A DNA stretch of 64,000 nt from positions 8,382 to 72,381 of the forward strand of contig CAZMRP010000001.1 of assembly GCA_964568275.1 (NCBI GenBank), written 5' to 3'. Below are positions 38,187 to 48,540 of the stretch, piece by piece. Source of the DNA: an uncultured Myxococcales bacterium. GTDB lineage: Bacteria > Myxococcota_A > Polyangia > DRWM01 > JAAZOP01. Within the stretch, counting starts at the first letter, position 1. Every line of letters begins with the position of its first letter. A program made the translations under genes and the position numbers. Below the pieces are notes generated by a model. The model had not been told where the DNA came from, ran no database searches, and was given only the letters and a program-made list of their open reading frames with translations.

Positions 38187-39305
38187 ATGGCAGACGAGTC
38201 GTCCACGACTTGGCCGATCGAACCCCACACCGAAGCCAAGCTCCGCATCCTGCGCACCTACCTCAACGCGTGGTTGCCGATCTTGGCCCGCTCCCCCAAG
38301 ACGCGTCGTGTCCTCTATGTTGACGGGTTCGCCGGCCCCGGGGAGTACTCCGGCGGCGAGGCCGGCAGTCCCGTCGTCGCGGTCAAGGCCTTCGTTGAGC
38401 ATGCCCTGACGATCCCCTCGCCCGTCCACATGCGGTTCATCGAGTCGAACCGGGACTGCCACGATCATCTCTGCCGGATCCTCGCCGGACTGCAGACGGA
38501 CATTGCGACCGCGACCGCCGACGGCACGAAGCGCCTTGACGTCCGCACGTTCTGCGACGACTGCGCCACAGTCCTCGCGAAGGCGGTCGACCAGATCGAG
38601 TTGCGCCAAGACGACCTCGGCCCCGCCCTGTTCTTCCTCGACCAATTCGGCTACTCGGACGTTCCGCTCGACCTGATTGCCCGCATCATGCGGCATCCGA
38701 GATGCGAGGTTCTCTCCTACCTGAGCGCCGACGGTCTGCATCGCTTCCTCGCCGACGAAACCAAGTGGCCAGCGATCACCCGTGCCTTCGGCGGGGAGTC
38801 GTGGCGGTCTGCGTTGTCGTGTCCGCTTGCGGGCCGCAATCTCGCCCTGGCGACCGAATTCGAACGCTCCCTTCGCCAGCAGGCCAACACCCGATTCGTC
38901 TGGCGTTTCTCGATGCACGGCAAGGACGACCGCCTTCTGTACTGGCTCTTCTTCTGTACCAACAGCGACCGCGGCTTGGAGGTCATGAAGGGGGCCATGA
39001 GGAAGGCGGATACGTCCGGCGGGTCGTTCAGGTTCTCGGACAGCACCTGCCCAGATCAGTTGGTTCTTCTTGATTCATTCTCCTCCGACTCGTTGAAGCG
39101 CCACCTTGTCGACTTCTTCGCCGGGCGCGACGTCACCCTCGAAGAGGTGCGCCTGCACGTCCTCGAGCACACGCCGGCCGTCGTGTACAAGAGGGAGTTG
39201 GCCGCCCTGGAGCGAGACGGCTTGCTCTGGCCCGCAGGCGGCAGCAAGCGCGCACGACCGGCGTTCAACGACCCGCAGCTGGTGCTGCGATTCAGGCAGA
39301 AATGA
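38187..39305 (+). CDS. three-Cys-motif partner protein TcmP-like
   Basis: WPIEPHTEAKLRILRTYLNAW...YVDGFAGPGEY; immediately downstream of Gp37/Gp68. Confidence 0.5.
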   Translation: MADESSTTWPIEPHTEAKLRILRTYLNAWLPILARSPKTRRVLYVDGFAGPGEYSGGEAGSPVVAVKAFVEHALTIPSPVHMRFIESNRDCHDHLCRILAGLQTDIATATADGTKRLDVRTFCDDCATVLAKAVDQIELRQDDLGPALFFLDQFGYSDVPLDLIARIMRHPRCEVLSYLSADGLHRFLADETKWPAITRAFGGESWRSALSCPLAGRNLALATEFERSLRQQANTRFVWRFSMHGKDDRLLYWLFFCTNSDRGLEVMKGAMRKADTSGGSFRFSDSTCPDQLVLLDSFSSDSLKRHLVDFFAGRDVTLEEVRLHVLEHTPAVVYKRELAALERDGLLWPAGGSKRARPAFNDPQLVLRFRQK

Positions 39306-39609
39306 GCAGGTCATTCACGCGCCCAGTCCGCAACAGCCGCCGATCCAGGCGGCAGGTCGTGTCGATCGCCGCCCCCGTCAAACCATGGGAGCAGTCCCGA
39401 GAAGCGAGTCCTTCGAGAGGCCCTCGTCGTCGGTGCCGGCGGCACCTGGACCGCGTCGACCTGGCCGTTCCGGCGGCCCGCCGCCCCGGCGTTTCTGTTG
39501 CACTCGACGGGTTTGACGTGGACGCGGCTGAGGCCGTACTCGATGCGGCGCCGCGACTCGTCACGCGTCAGCGGCCCTCTCGGTAGGAACGTGCACGGCG
39601 GGAGTTGGG

Positions 39610-40857
39610 TTGAGAGCGAAGATCCACCGGGGCGCGCACGAAGTCGGCGGCAACTGCATCGAGGTGGAGGCTGCCGGCAGCCGGATCCTGCTCGACCTCG
39701 GATGGCCGCTCGACTTGCCGCTCGACGCCGACCTCCCCCTCCCCGACGTGGCCGGTCTTGCCGGCGCTGACCCGTCCCTGTTGGGCGTGATCGTCTCCCA
39801 CCCACACTTCGACCACTTCGGGCTGGCGCGCAAGGTCGGGGTCCCCCTGCCCGTCTTCATCGGCGAGGCCGCGCATCGCATCCTGCGGGAGGCCGCGTTC
39901 TTCACCGGGACCGGGCTGGCGGTCGAGCCGGCCGGGTACTTGCGTCACCGCGAGCTGTTGACGCTCGGCCCGTTCACGATCACGCCGTACCTGATCGACC
40001 ACAGCGCGTTCGACTCGTACTGCCTGCTCGTCGAGGCGGAGGGCCGCCGGTTGTTCTACAGCGGCGACATCCGGGCCCACGGGCGCAAGCCCGGCACGTT
40101 CCAGGAACTGCTCCGGGATCCGCCCGCGAAGGTGGACGTGCTCGTCCTGGAGGGAACGAACATCCGTCCCGGCGTGGACGGCACCGAGCGCGTGGTCTCC
40201 GAGACCGACGTCGAGAACGCCTGCGTCGAGACGTTCAAGGCCGCGACCGGCATCGTGCTCGCGCTCTTCTCCCCGCAGAACATCGATCGGCTGGTCACGG
40301 TGTACCGGGCGGCCATCCGCTCCGGCCGCGACCTGGTGCTCGACCTGTACGGGGCCGCCGTCGCCGCTGCCACGGGTCGCGACACGATCCCCCAGGCCAG
40401 CTGGGATCGGGTGCGCATCTACCTGCCGAACAGCCAGCGGACCAAGGTGATCGAGTCCGGCGCGTTCCACCGGACGGATGCGGTGCGGCCGCGGAGGATC
40501 TACCCGGAGGAGTTGAGCGAGCGACCCGGCAACTTGGTCATGATCTTCCGCACGAGCATGGCCCGGGAGATGGAGAGAATCGGCTGCCTAGACGGCGCGC
40601 ACGCGGTGTGGTCGATGTGGCCAGGGTACCTCGAGGAGCCGTCGGGCGAGAAGCTGAAGGCGTTCCTCGACCGGCTCGGAATCGGGATGAGCATCCACCA
40701 CGCGAGCGGCCACGCCGCGATCCCCGACCTGCAGCGACTCGTCGCTGCTCTCGCCCCCGGGAAGGTGGTGCCGATCCACTGCTCGGCCGGTGATCGCTTC
40801 CACGAGTTCGTGGCTGGCGTCGAGCAGCATGCCGACAGCGAGTGGTGGGAGGCGTGA
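39610..40857 (+). CDS. MBL-fold metallo-hydrolase
   Basis: VSHPHFDHFGLA (HxHxDH); TTG start as in the ORF track. Confidence 0.6.
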   Translation: MRAKIHRGAHEVGGNCIEVEAAGSRILLDLGWPLDLPLDADLPLPDVAGLAGADPSLLGVIVSHPHFDHFGLARKVGVPLPVFIGEAAHRILREAAFFTGTGLAVEPAGYLRHRELLTLGPFTITPYLIDHSAFDSYCLLVEAEGRRLFYSGDIRAHGRKPGTFQELLRDPPAKVDVLVLEGTNIRPGVDGTERVVSETDVENACVETFKAATGIVLALFSPQNIDRLVTVYRAAIRSGRDLVLDLYGAAVAAATGRDTIPQASWDRVRIYLPNSQRTKVIESGAFHRTDAVRPRRIYPEELSERPGNLVMIFRTSMAREMERIGCLDGAHAVWSMWPGYLEEPSGEKLKAFLDRLGIGMSIHHASGHAAIPDLQRLVAALAPGKVVPIHCSAGDRFHEFVAGVEQHADSEWWEA

Positions 40858-41564
40858 TGGGCAAGCCGAGCGTTCCGACCGACGAGCTCCGCTGGAAGGT
40901 CGATGGCGCCGTGGCGGACCTGTGCCAGGAAGTAGCCGAGGAGCCGCTCTGCTTCTTCTCGGAGGCCGACCTCCAGGCGATGATGTACATGCGGCTTCGC
41001 CAGATCTTCCCCCGGTCCGTGCCTCTGCGGGAGGCGCGCGGTCCCGGGGCCAAGACGCGGTTCACGACCTCGCAGGTCCACCGCGAGTACGGGGCCGGCG
41101 AGCGGCGGAGGCTGGACCTTGCCGTGCTTGCCGCCGCGCAGTTCGCGCTGGCTGACCGCTTCTACAAGGACGGTGCCGACTACCTCGTCCCCGCCTTCGG
41201 CTTCGAGTTCGGCACGGAGAAGATCGGTGACGCTACTTCGGAGCACATCCGAAGCGACGTTGGAAAGTTGCAGCGCTGTGACCGCGGATACCTGGTCCAC
41301 ATCTTCCGCGATATGGCCGTTGCCGACGAGGGAACGGATCTGCGAGCCGCGGCCGAGCAGAGGATTGATAGGATCTTCCGCAGGGTCGCCGGCGCGATCA
41401 CTCCTCCGAACAACGTGCGCGCCGTGCTGCTCGTTGTCGGGGTCACCCACAGCCGGAAGAACCTCCGCGGGCGGTGTCAACTGCTCGATCCTCGCACGGG
41501 GGAGTGGCAAAGGATCAACGCCCGCCACGTTGGGCGAAGGGTTCTGAAGCTGCTGTCCGCCTGA
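40857..41564 (+). CDS. hypothetical protein, translationally coupled to the MBL hydrolase
   Basis: ATG overlaps the TGA of the MBL gene (TGATG). Confidence 0.35.
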   Translation: MGKPSVPTDELRWKVDGAVADLCQEVAEEPLCFFSEADLQAMMYMRLRQIFPRSVPLREARGPGAKTRFTTSQVHREYGAGERRRLDLAVLAAAQFALADRFYKDGADYLVPAFGFEFGTEKIGDATSEHIRSDVGKLQRCDRGYLVHIFRDMAVADEGTDLRAAAEQRIDRIFRRVAGAITPPNNVRAVLLVVGVTHSRKNLRGRCQLLDPRTGEWQRINARHVGRRVLKLLSA

Positions 41565-41718
41565 GCAGAGCCAAGAAGGCGTCGCCACCGGTCCTCGTCC
41601 CGTCCTGCGGGGCGAGTGGTTGGTCGCCTTCGACGTCCTTCGCGAGCGACCCTGCCCGCCGATGACGGCGCCGCGGTCGTCGACGCCACCTGCCCGCCGA
41701 TGGGCGGTTCCGCGCGGA

Positions 41719-44709
41719 TCATTTCGGCTGTGGACTGCGCTTCCGTAGCCGATGCCCCTCGCCCGCCCGCGCGTCCGCCGTCCCATCCACATCCGACCGC
41801 AGCACGAGCCGATGGGCGCGCTCAGCCAACCCGCCACCTTCCAGGATCCGACGCCGAAGCCAGAGGATGGCCCAGGAAGGCAACGGGACGGACGGCTGCT
41901 CAAGCGAATCGAGTAGGGTCCCGTGCAACGATTCGGGTGCCGCGAAGTACCAACCCGATTCGCCCTCACGACCCTCGACCGCCTCGCGGGCATGGGCCAG
42001 CGCAAGGTCGGGGGCCAAGCGCCACACGATCCGCTGGAAGCCCCCCGGGGCTCGGCTGTCGCGCGCAAGCAGTTCGATCCACCGGACGTCTTCGCCGTCG
42101 ACGTGGGCGTCGACGCGACGCTCGTCCCCGCGGAAGGCGAGGTCGACCGCGATGCCGGCCAGGGCGGCCGCGCCGGGCTGGTGCTCGGTCGCGTATTGGA
42201 CGAGCGGCAGACGGAACCGGGGCGGAAGGTCGAGGACGCGGGCCACCGCCTCGGCGTCCTTGGGCACCAGTTCCGCCGCGAAACGCTCGGGAGGCACGTT
42301 GTCTTCGACCAGCACGGCCAAGCGTGCATCCATCTCAAGGCGGCCAAGCGCCGCAACCGCTCCGCCGCCCGCGCTCGCAGCCGCGGTCCAGAGAGTTTCC
42401 ACAACCGCCGCGCGCTGGTCCGGCGTAAGCTGGCAGACCTGCTGCGCGATGAACGCGCCTCCCCACGCGGTCCCGATGATGCGATCGATCTGTTCGTGCG
42501 TCAGCACCCATCGCGGATGGCGTCGGTGAGCCGCGAGCAGGACCGCAGGAAGCAGGATCGCCGGCGGTGGCGTAGTCACGCTCTCGTCCCGGCAAGCGTC
42601 GACGACGTCGGGGGCCATCCCAAGCAGTCGGTCGAAGGCCGGGGGGAGCGGCGGCACGTGGGCCAGACCCTCGTGCATCCAGCGACTCCACGACCGCCGA
42701 GGGAGCGTTCCGGGGGGACGGCGGGAGTCCTGATGCGGTTCGCTCGGCAGTCCCGGTTCGCCGAGCCCCTGGTGCGCCAACGGCGCCAACTTCCCGAGCG
42801 TCGGCCCCCCAGCGACCCATCCGGGAAAGAGCCATGCCCGGCCGTCGTCGATCTCGCAGCGCGGACCGTAGAGGCTCCAGGCCCAACAGCACGCGACCCA
42901 CGCGCCGTCGCCCTCGCCACCGCCCGGCCGCGTCAGCGGCGCGACGCCCGCCAAGCCTGTGAACCGCGAGGTCAGCAGCCCCCGCTGCAACTGCCAGAGA
43001 GGCGCCAGATCGTCCGCCAGCCGACGGCCCGGACCGAGCCGGCGCCCGACTTCAGCAAACAGGGCCTCGATGGCGCCGACCGCTCCAAGATCGGAGACGT
43101 CGAACTTCGCGACAGCCTCCCGGATGACGCGGAGCAGGTCCGCCTCCGGCACGTCAGCCAGTTCGGCGTCCACGAACGCCCGCCGATCGGCGTTCGCCGC
43201 CCAGCGGCCCCAGATGTGCGGATCTCCCCTGAGGATCTCGTCCCGTACTCGGATTCTGTGGAAACGCGTCGAGACCCAGTGCGGGTGCATGATGAGGCCG
43301 TTGCCGGCCGGACGGAGCAGTCGCAGCGGCAACAAGCACTCGATCGCCTCGGCCGACGGACGGCGCTGCACGATGCGCATCGCCTCCGCCTTGCGCGCCT
43401 TCTTCTCCCGGGGGCCGCGTGCCGCACTGACAGAATCCAGGGCGGCCTCGACGTCCTGCAACGACGGAGCCGGCGAGACGGTGCCCGTCGGTGCGAGCGA
43501 TGCCCATGCCTCCCGCGACAGCGGGCCCTGGAGCGGCGACTCGACGTGCGCCAAGCGGGAGACGGCAAGCGCCCGGACGAGATCGACGGCCCATGCGCGC
43601 AGCCAGACGCTCTGCTCGGTCCCGTCCGAGGCTTCGCGATCCACGCGCTGACGCAGGTACCTCTCGGCGACGTCCCGCTTGAACGACGGAACCCCGGCGT
43701 CGTTGGCGAACGCGCACAACGGCACCACGTCGCCCGGCGTCGCGAACATCTCGTGGCGGGGATCCACGTCGTCCATCCACCCGATGAGTTGCTCGGCATC
43801 CAGCAGGGACTCGCGGTCATCGACCCGGCCGGCAAGCCAGCGCACCAAGCGGGGCCTCCATCCCTCCGCAGGCCGCCAGCGCTCCTCGAGCCATCTCACG
43901 TTCTGGACGGAGGCGCCACGCGGGTCCTTTCCGGCTGACACGCGCGGCATCGGGAAAGGGGCAATTACGATGACGTCCTCGCGACGGTCGAGCCGTGCCA
44001 GGATGCTCAGGTCCGTGTCGGGGTCGGGTGCGTCGACGCCCAGCAGGATCGGCCTCCTTTCGTCGAACAGCGCGCCAGCATCGGCAAGGTGCAGCACCTC
44101 CTTGATGGATGCCGTTCCCCGAACGCGATGCCAGTGCAGCACGAAGCTGCGCCCTGCGCCCGGCGGCGCGATGATCCACTGGCGGTAGTTCACCCATTTC
44201 GGGTCGAACCACTCCGGGGTGCAGAGCGCCAGGGGATCCTCCGTACCCGGGTTGAAAGGACGCAGCCGAGGGAAGTCCGGCGAGGGAAGCAGGTCGCGAG
44301 GAAGCGGCAGTTCGGCGTAGCGAAGTCTGCCAGCCTGTTCCAGAGCACGGATCGCGGTCCGTTCGCGGGCGTCCCACCAGCCGGCACGGCCTTTTTCCAG
44401 ATCGCCGAGACGGTTGCTGATCGCGACGGCCTTCGGTGGGGGGTCGCGGGGCGCGATCTTCCGCCACTCCTTCTCGATGCGGCCGGCAAGTTGCAGCTTC
44501 GACATCTTGGTGAGTTCGGCGAATCGGAATAGCGGGGTTGTGCTCATGGAGCAAGCCTGGCACGGACCACCCCATGCGTCAACTGCGTATTCACCAGTGA
44601 ACATGGTGAATGGTTCGGTGGCACCGACCAGGGAAACGGACCATGCTTTCTGGCAGGAGGTGGCTGATGCCAGAAGCACACGAACCGGGCCCGAACCGTC
44701 GCGATCCAT
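41719..44709 (-). CDS. large hypothetical protein (~940-996 aa); start uncertain, 44547 or 44709
   Basis: Long ORF of ordinary composition; no motif recognised. Confidence 0.4.
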   Translation of the reverse strand: MDRDGSGPVRVLLASATSCQKAWSVSLVGATEPFTMFTGEYAVDAWGGPCQACSMSTTPLFRFAELTKMSKLQLAGRIEKEWRKIAPRDPPPKAVAISNRLGDLEKGRAGWWDARERTAIRALEQAGRLRYAELPLPRDLLPSPDFPRLRPFNPGTEDPLALCTPEWFDPKWVNYRQWIIAPPGAGRSFVLHWHRVRGTASIKEVLHLADAGALFDERRPILLGVDAPDPDTDLSILARLDRREDVIVIAPFPMPRVSAGKDPRGASVQNVRWLEERWRPAEGWRPRLVRWLAGRVDDRESLLDAEQLIGWMDDVDPRHEMFATPGDVVPLCAFANDAGVPSFKRDVAERYLRQRVDREASDGTEQSVWLRAWAVDLVRALAVSRLAHVESPLQGPLSREAWASLAPTGTVSPAPSLQDVEAALDSVSAARGPREKKARKAEAMRIVQRRPSAEAIECLLPLRLLRPAGNGLIMHPHWVSTRFHRIRVRDEILRGDPHIWGRWAANADRRAFVDAELADVPEADLLRVIREAVAKFDVSDLGAVGAIEALFAEVGRRLGPGRRLADDLAPLWQLQRGLLTSRFTGLAGVAPLTRPGGGEGDGAWVACCWAWSLYGPRCEIDDGRAWLFPGWVAGGPTLGKLAPLAHQGLGEPGLPSEPHQDSRRPPGTLPRRSWSRWMHEGLAHVPPLPPAFDRLLGMAPDVVDACRDESVTTPPPAILLPAVLLAAHRRHPRWVLTHEQIDRIIGTAWGGAFIAQQVCQLTPDQRAAVVETLWTAAASAGGGAVAALGRLEMDARLAVLVEDNVPPERFAAELVPKDAEAVARVLDLPPRFRLPLVQYATEHQPGAAALAGIAVDLAFRGDERRVDAHVDGEDVRWIELLARDSRAPGGFQRIVWRLAPDLALAHAREAVEGREGESGWYFAAPESLHGTLLDSLEQPSVPLPSWAILWLRRRILEGGGLAERAHRLVLRSDVDGTADARAGEGHRLRKRSPQPK

Positions 44710-46091
44710 CGGCGGCCGTCAAGGCGGCGCTATCGCGTCCCCTGGGACGCCGTCGTCACGTCGTCCTCGTGGCTCTGGACTGGACGCGCCCCAAGGACCC
44801 TCGCTCCCCCCTGGGACACGCGTCCCTGGTGGCGGCCCTGAACCAGGCACGCGCCGTCGAGGTCAGCGAGTTGTCCTTCGCCGTCAACGAATCGACCGCG
44901 CGCCCTGATGACATCGCGCGGCAGATCCTCGCTCGGGCCAACGGAGTCCCGAGCCGCCAGGTCGACGTGGCCATCGGAGTCTACGTCTGGAACGAACCGC
45001 TCGTGGTCGAGGTTCTGCGGGCGCTCCGGCAGTCCGGCTTCGCAGGTCGCATCGGCCTCGGCGGCCCGCAGATCACCTACGCTGGCCCGGACCTGGAAGC
45101 CCGGTACCCGGAGGCGGACTTCTTCATCCGCGGCACCGCAGAGTCGGCCCTTGCCTCCGTCGCCGCCGCCGACCGGCGCGTCGACGTCCCCGGCGTGCAC
45201 TGGGCCGGAGACGCCGATGATGGTGTCGTTGCCCAGGTCGACCCGTCGACCTTGCCATCGCCCTTCCTCTCCGGCGTGATCGACGTCCGGGGGCAGCGCT
45301 TCCTTCGCTGGGAGACGCAGCGCGGCTGCCCCTACAGCTGTTCGTTCTGCCAGCATCGCGCGGCCAAGGAACGGTTCGCGTGCCAAGCGTTCGCCCTGGA
45401 TCGGCTCCGCCGCGAGATCGCGCTGTTCGTCGAAGCGGGCGTCGAGGACATCGCCGTGCTCGACCCCGTGTTCAACCTGGGCAAGACCGACCTTCCCGTT
45501 CTGGAGGAGTTCCGCCGCCTGGGGTTCCGCGGGCGGCTATCCCTGCAATGCAGAGCCGAACGCGTGCAGCCGGCGTTTCTCGACGCGTGCGCCGGCATGG
45601 ATGTGCGCCTGGAGTTCGGTCTTCAGACGATCCATGCCGCTGAGGCGGACGCGGTGCTGCGGCGGAACGACCTGGACAGGATCGACGGCGTGCTCGCCGA
45701 GGTACGCCGACGCGGAATCAAGCACGAGGTATCCCTGATCTACGGGCTGCCGGAGCAGACGTTGGGCTCCTTCCTGGCGTCCGTAGAGTGGTGCCTTGCG
45801 CGACGTGTTCCGGTCGTCAAGGCCTTCCCGCTGCTGCTCCTGCGAGGGACACAACTGGCCCAGACCAGCGATCGATGGGCGCTGCGCGTGCAGCAGGGGG
45901 GCATGCCAGCCGTGGTCGCCTCCGACAGCTTCGATGAGCACTCCTGGCGTCAGATGGCGCGTGTCGCCGATGCGCTTGCAGCGACCGAGGGGCGACACCC
46001 GGCTAACGTCGAGGAGTTGCTGCGCAGAGCCGAGTCCTGCACTCCCGCACAGGAAAGCATGCAGCAGGCACGGCATGGGTGGCTGGCATGA
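44667..46091 (+). CDS. B12-binding-domain radical SAM protein
   Basis: IGLGGPQITY (B12-domain GGPH-like) and RGCPYSCSFCQH (CxxxCxxC); RBS AGGAGG before ATG 44667. Confidence 0.75.
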   Translation: MPEAHEPGPNRRDPSAAVKAALSRPLGRRRHVVLVALDWTRPKDPRSPLGHASLVAALNQARAVEVSELSFAVNESTARPDDIARQILARANGVPSRQVDVAIGVYVWNEPLVVEVLRALRQSGFAGRIGLGGPQITYAGPDLEARYPEADFFIRGTAESALASVAAADRRVDVPGVHWAGDADDGVVAQVDPSTLPSPFLSGVIDVRGQRFLRWETQRGCPYSCSFCQHRAAKERFACQAFALDRLRREIALFVEAGVEDIAVLDPVFNLGKTDLPVLEEFRRLGFRGRLSLQCRAERVQPAFLDACAGMDVRLEFGLQTIHAAEADAVLRRNDLDRIDGVLAEVRRRGIKHEVSLIYGLPEQTLGSFLASVEWCLARRVPVVKAFPLLLLRGTQLAQTSDRWALRVQQGGMPAVVASDSFDEHSWRQMARVADALAATEGRHPANVEELLRRAESCTPAQESMQQARHGWLA

Positions 46092-46702
46092 GCATCGAGA
46101 AGCCGGTCTTCGTCGTCTTCGAAGGGCTTGATGGTTCCGGGAAGAGCACCGTCGCCAAGCTGGTCGCCGACGCCCTGGATGCGATCTTGATGACGACGCC
46201 ATCCGTCCGCGTCCGGGAATTCCGCGATGACATCATCGCCGACTTCGGAGGTTCGCAAGAGGCGGCGCAGCTGTTCTACCTCGCGACCGTGTTCGCCGCG
46301 TCAAGGGCCGCGGACGGGCACATCGCCGCGGGTCGAAGCGCGGTGCTCGACCGGTACTTCCTGTCCACGCAAGCCTACGCGAGCTTCCGGGGCTCCGTCC
46401 TCCGCGACGACGACGTCCAGCGGCATCTGCTGCCTGCTGACTTGACCGTCTTCCTGCAGGCGCCTCTGGATGTCCGCCGGGTCCGCGTTTCCGAACGTGG
46501 CGGGTCCGCCGCCGACCGGGAGACTCTGCTTCCCTCCGGCGACTCGGCGTTGCGGCGAGAGTACGAGACCAGATTCGACCTACCGGTCGTCGGACGGCTT
46601 CTGATCCTCGATTCGGCCACAGCGAGTCCCGATGAGCTTGCCGTGCAGGTGATGCAGGAACTCGACGGCGCCTCGCGACGACGGCGCGCCGGTTCGACTT
46701 GA
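46088..46702 (+). CDS. thymidylate (dTMP) kinase-like P-loop kinase
   Basis: VVFEGLDGSGKST and DRYFLST; ATG overlaps rSAM TGA (ATGA). Confidence 0.7.
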   Translation: MSIEKPVFVVFEGLDGSGKSTVAKLVADALDAILMTTPSVRVREFRDDIIADFGGSQEAAQLFYLATVFAASRAADGHIAAGRSAVLDRYFLSTQAYASFRGSVLRDDDVQRHLLPADLTVFLQAPLDVRRVRVSERGGSAADRETLLPSGDSALRREYETRFDLPVVGRLLILDSATASPDELAVQVMQELDGASRRRRAGST

Positions 46703-46722
46703 CAGGCGGCGGGAGGCCCAAG

Positions 46723-48540
46723 ATGCTGAGCAAGGCGATGCGCGGAACGGTGACGAGGTGGGGGACGCGCGGCTACGGTTTCGTCCGCCCGGACGATACC
46801 GACATCGACGCGTGGGTGCACTTCCGTTTCCTGGCCGAACCCAACTGGGTGCCCTCCACCGGCGAACGCGTCGAGTTCGAGCTGAAGGAACTGCCCGACG
46901 GCCGCTACCAAGCCTGGTTTCTACGACCCGCCAGGCAGACCCTCCCGCCGGGGCCACCGGTGGAAGGAACAGGCGACGCCGGGACTGCCACGCCAGGGTC
47001 CGGACTCGGTCCGCCGGCCGGCAGCCGCAGCCTGGGCACCCTGGGCGAGGCCCTTGTACGTGCCGGCATCGCGCGCGTCGAGGCCAGCGACGCGGCGTCG
47101 GCGGCACCAACCGCCGAACCGGCTACCGCGCCGCCTGCCGTTCTTCCCGCTCCGGTCACGAAGCTCCAGGATCGGCTGGCGTTGCACCGGGCCGCCGCCG
47201 AGCAGAAGTCTGCCACCCTGCGCGCCGAGGCCGAGACCTTCCGCCAGCGCATCGCGGAACTGGAGGCGAAGGCGGGGCAGGTCGCGCTGCGGCTGGAAGA
47301 GCACCAGGCTCAGGTTCTCCAGGAGGAATCCTCCCTCGTCGCGTCGGCCGTCTCTACCGTCGCGGACGAGTTCGAACGCGCGCTTGGCGAACGACGACGA
47401 CTGCTGGATTCGATCCGTCCGTTGCGCGAGGACGCCGTTGCCCGGCTCGGGCGGCAGCCCGTGGAGGAGTACGAAGCCATCCGCCGACGCCTTGGGCCAG
47501 ACGTCGAGGGTCGAGACGAACTCGAGCGGCGAGCATATCAGGCGCTTGAGCGGGAGATGAGGCCAAGCCTAGTAGAGTTGGCCGCCGGCATGGACGCGCT
47601 TGACGCTCTGGCTCCGCCGAACGTCCGGTTCACCCTGTTCGTGGCCGGGACAGATGCCCCCTCTGCCATCTTCGTGAGCCCTCTCCACGGGCGGCGGGCG
47701 CCGACCGAGGACAACCTGGACGACGTTGTCGATGACATTCGCTGGCGCGTCGGCTGCGTGTTCTGGCAGACGGTGGAACGCGCCGCGTGCGAGCTCGGCG
47801 CCGGGGGCGGTGCGACCGAGTACGGCACCGTCGCCGGCTCGCTGGCCGCGCGCCTCGGCGGGTGCGACCCCGATCTGTTCGGCATCCTGCTCGACGAGGC
47901 GTGGGCCTGCCGACCCTTCCTCGAACAGGCGAACGTGGACTTCGGGTTCGATGTCGTCTCCGGGCTCGCGCCCCGGTTCGAGCCGGAGGCGCCGAACTCG
48001 GCCGAGGCGGAACGGGCGCCATGCGCCGAGAAGAACTGCAAAGGTGGGGCGTTGCCGGAGGTCGCGCTCCGGCTCGGGCTGTCGATTCGTGACCTCGTGG
48101 TAGCCTTGCAGCACTTCGGCCTGCCGCCGGCCGACGACACTGTGGAGCCCGGAGCGGAAGCGTCTCTGCGGCTGCTCGTTGGGGTTGCCGATCAACTCGC
48201 CCTGCCCGAGGCGGGAGCGGAGCCGGCGGAACCGGCGCCTGCCGGTGAGCCGCCTTCGGGTCCGCGCGCGGCGGCGGGTCGGTTGCTGGCCAAGCTCCTG
48301 CGCGACCGTCGCATCGGCGGCAGGCACACCGGCATCGAGCACGTCTACGGGCACCACTTCGCGGACGAGGAGAAGCACGTGGCGCGGCGCATCGTCGAGT
48401 TCTTCGAGCGCGACGGGCTCCTGATCACGAAGTACAACGAGGGAGCCCATCACGTGTCGGTCAACCCACGCCGGCTGCGCGAGGTCGGGGAGATCATCGG
48501 CCGAACCTGGAGCCGGATGGCGGAGATCGACGCGCTGTAG
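46723..48540 (+). CDS. cold-shock-domain (OB-fold) N-terminus protein with long Ala/Glu-rich coiled-coil and C-terminal globular region
   Basis: GTVTRWGTRGYGFVRPDD...VHFRF. Confidence 0.5.
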   Translation: MLSKAMRGTVTRWGTRGYGFVRPDDTDIDAWVHFRFLAEPNWVPSTGERVEFELKELPDGRYQAWFLRPARQTLPPGPPVEGTGDAGTATPGSGLGPPAGSRSLGTLGEALVRAGIARVEASDAASAAPTAEPATAPPAVLPAPVTKLQDRLALHRAAAEQKSATLRAEAETFRQRIAELEAKAGQVALRLEEHQAQVLQEESSLVASAVSTVADEFERALGERRRLLDSIRPLREDAVARLGRQPVEEYEAIRRRLGPDVEGRDELERRAYQALEREMRPSLVELAAGMDALDALAPPNVRFTLFVAGTDAPSAIFVSPLHGRRAPTEDNLDDVVDDIRWRVGCVFWQTVERAACELGAGGGATEYGTVAGSLAARLGGCDPDLFGILLDEAWACRPFLEQANVDFGFDVVSGLAPRFEPEAPNSAEAERAPCAEKNCKGGALPEVALRLGLSIRDLVVALQHFGLPPADDTVEPGAEASLRLLVGVADQLALPEAGAEPAEPAPAGEPPSGPRAAAGRLLAKLLRDRRIGGRHTGIEHVYGHHFADEEKHVARRIVEFFERDGLLITKYNEGAHHVSVNPRRLREVGEIIGRTWSRMAEIDAL

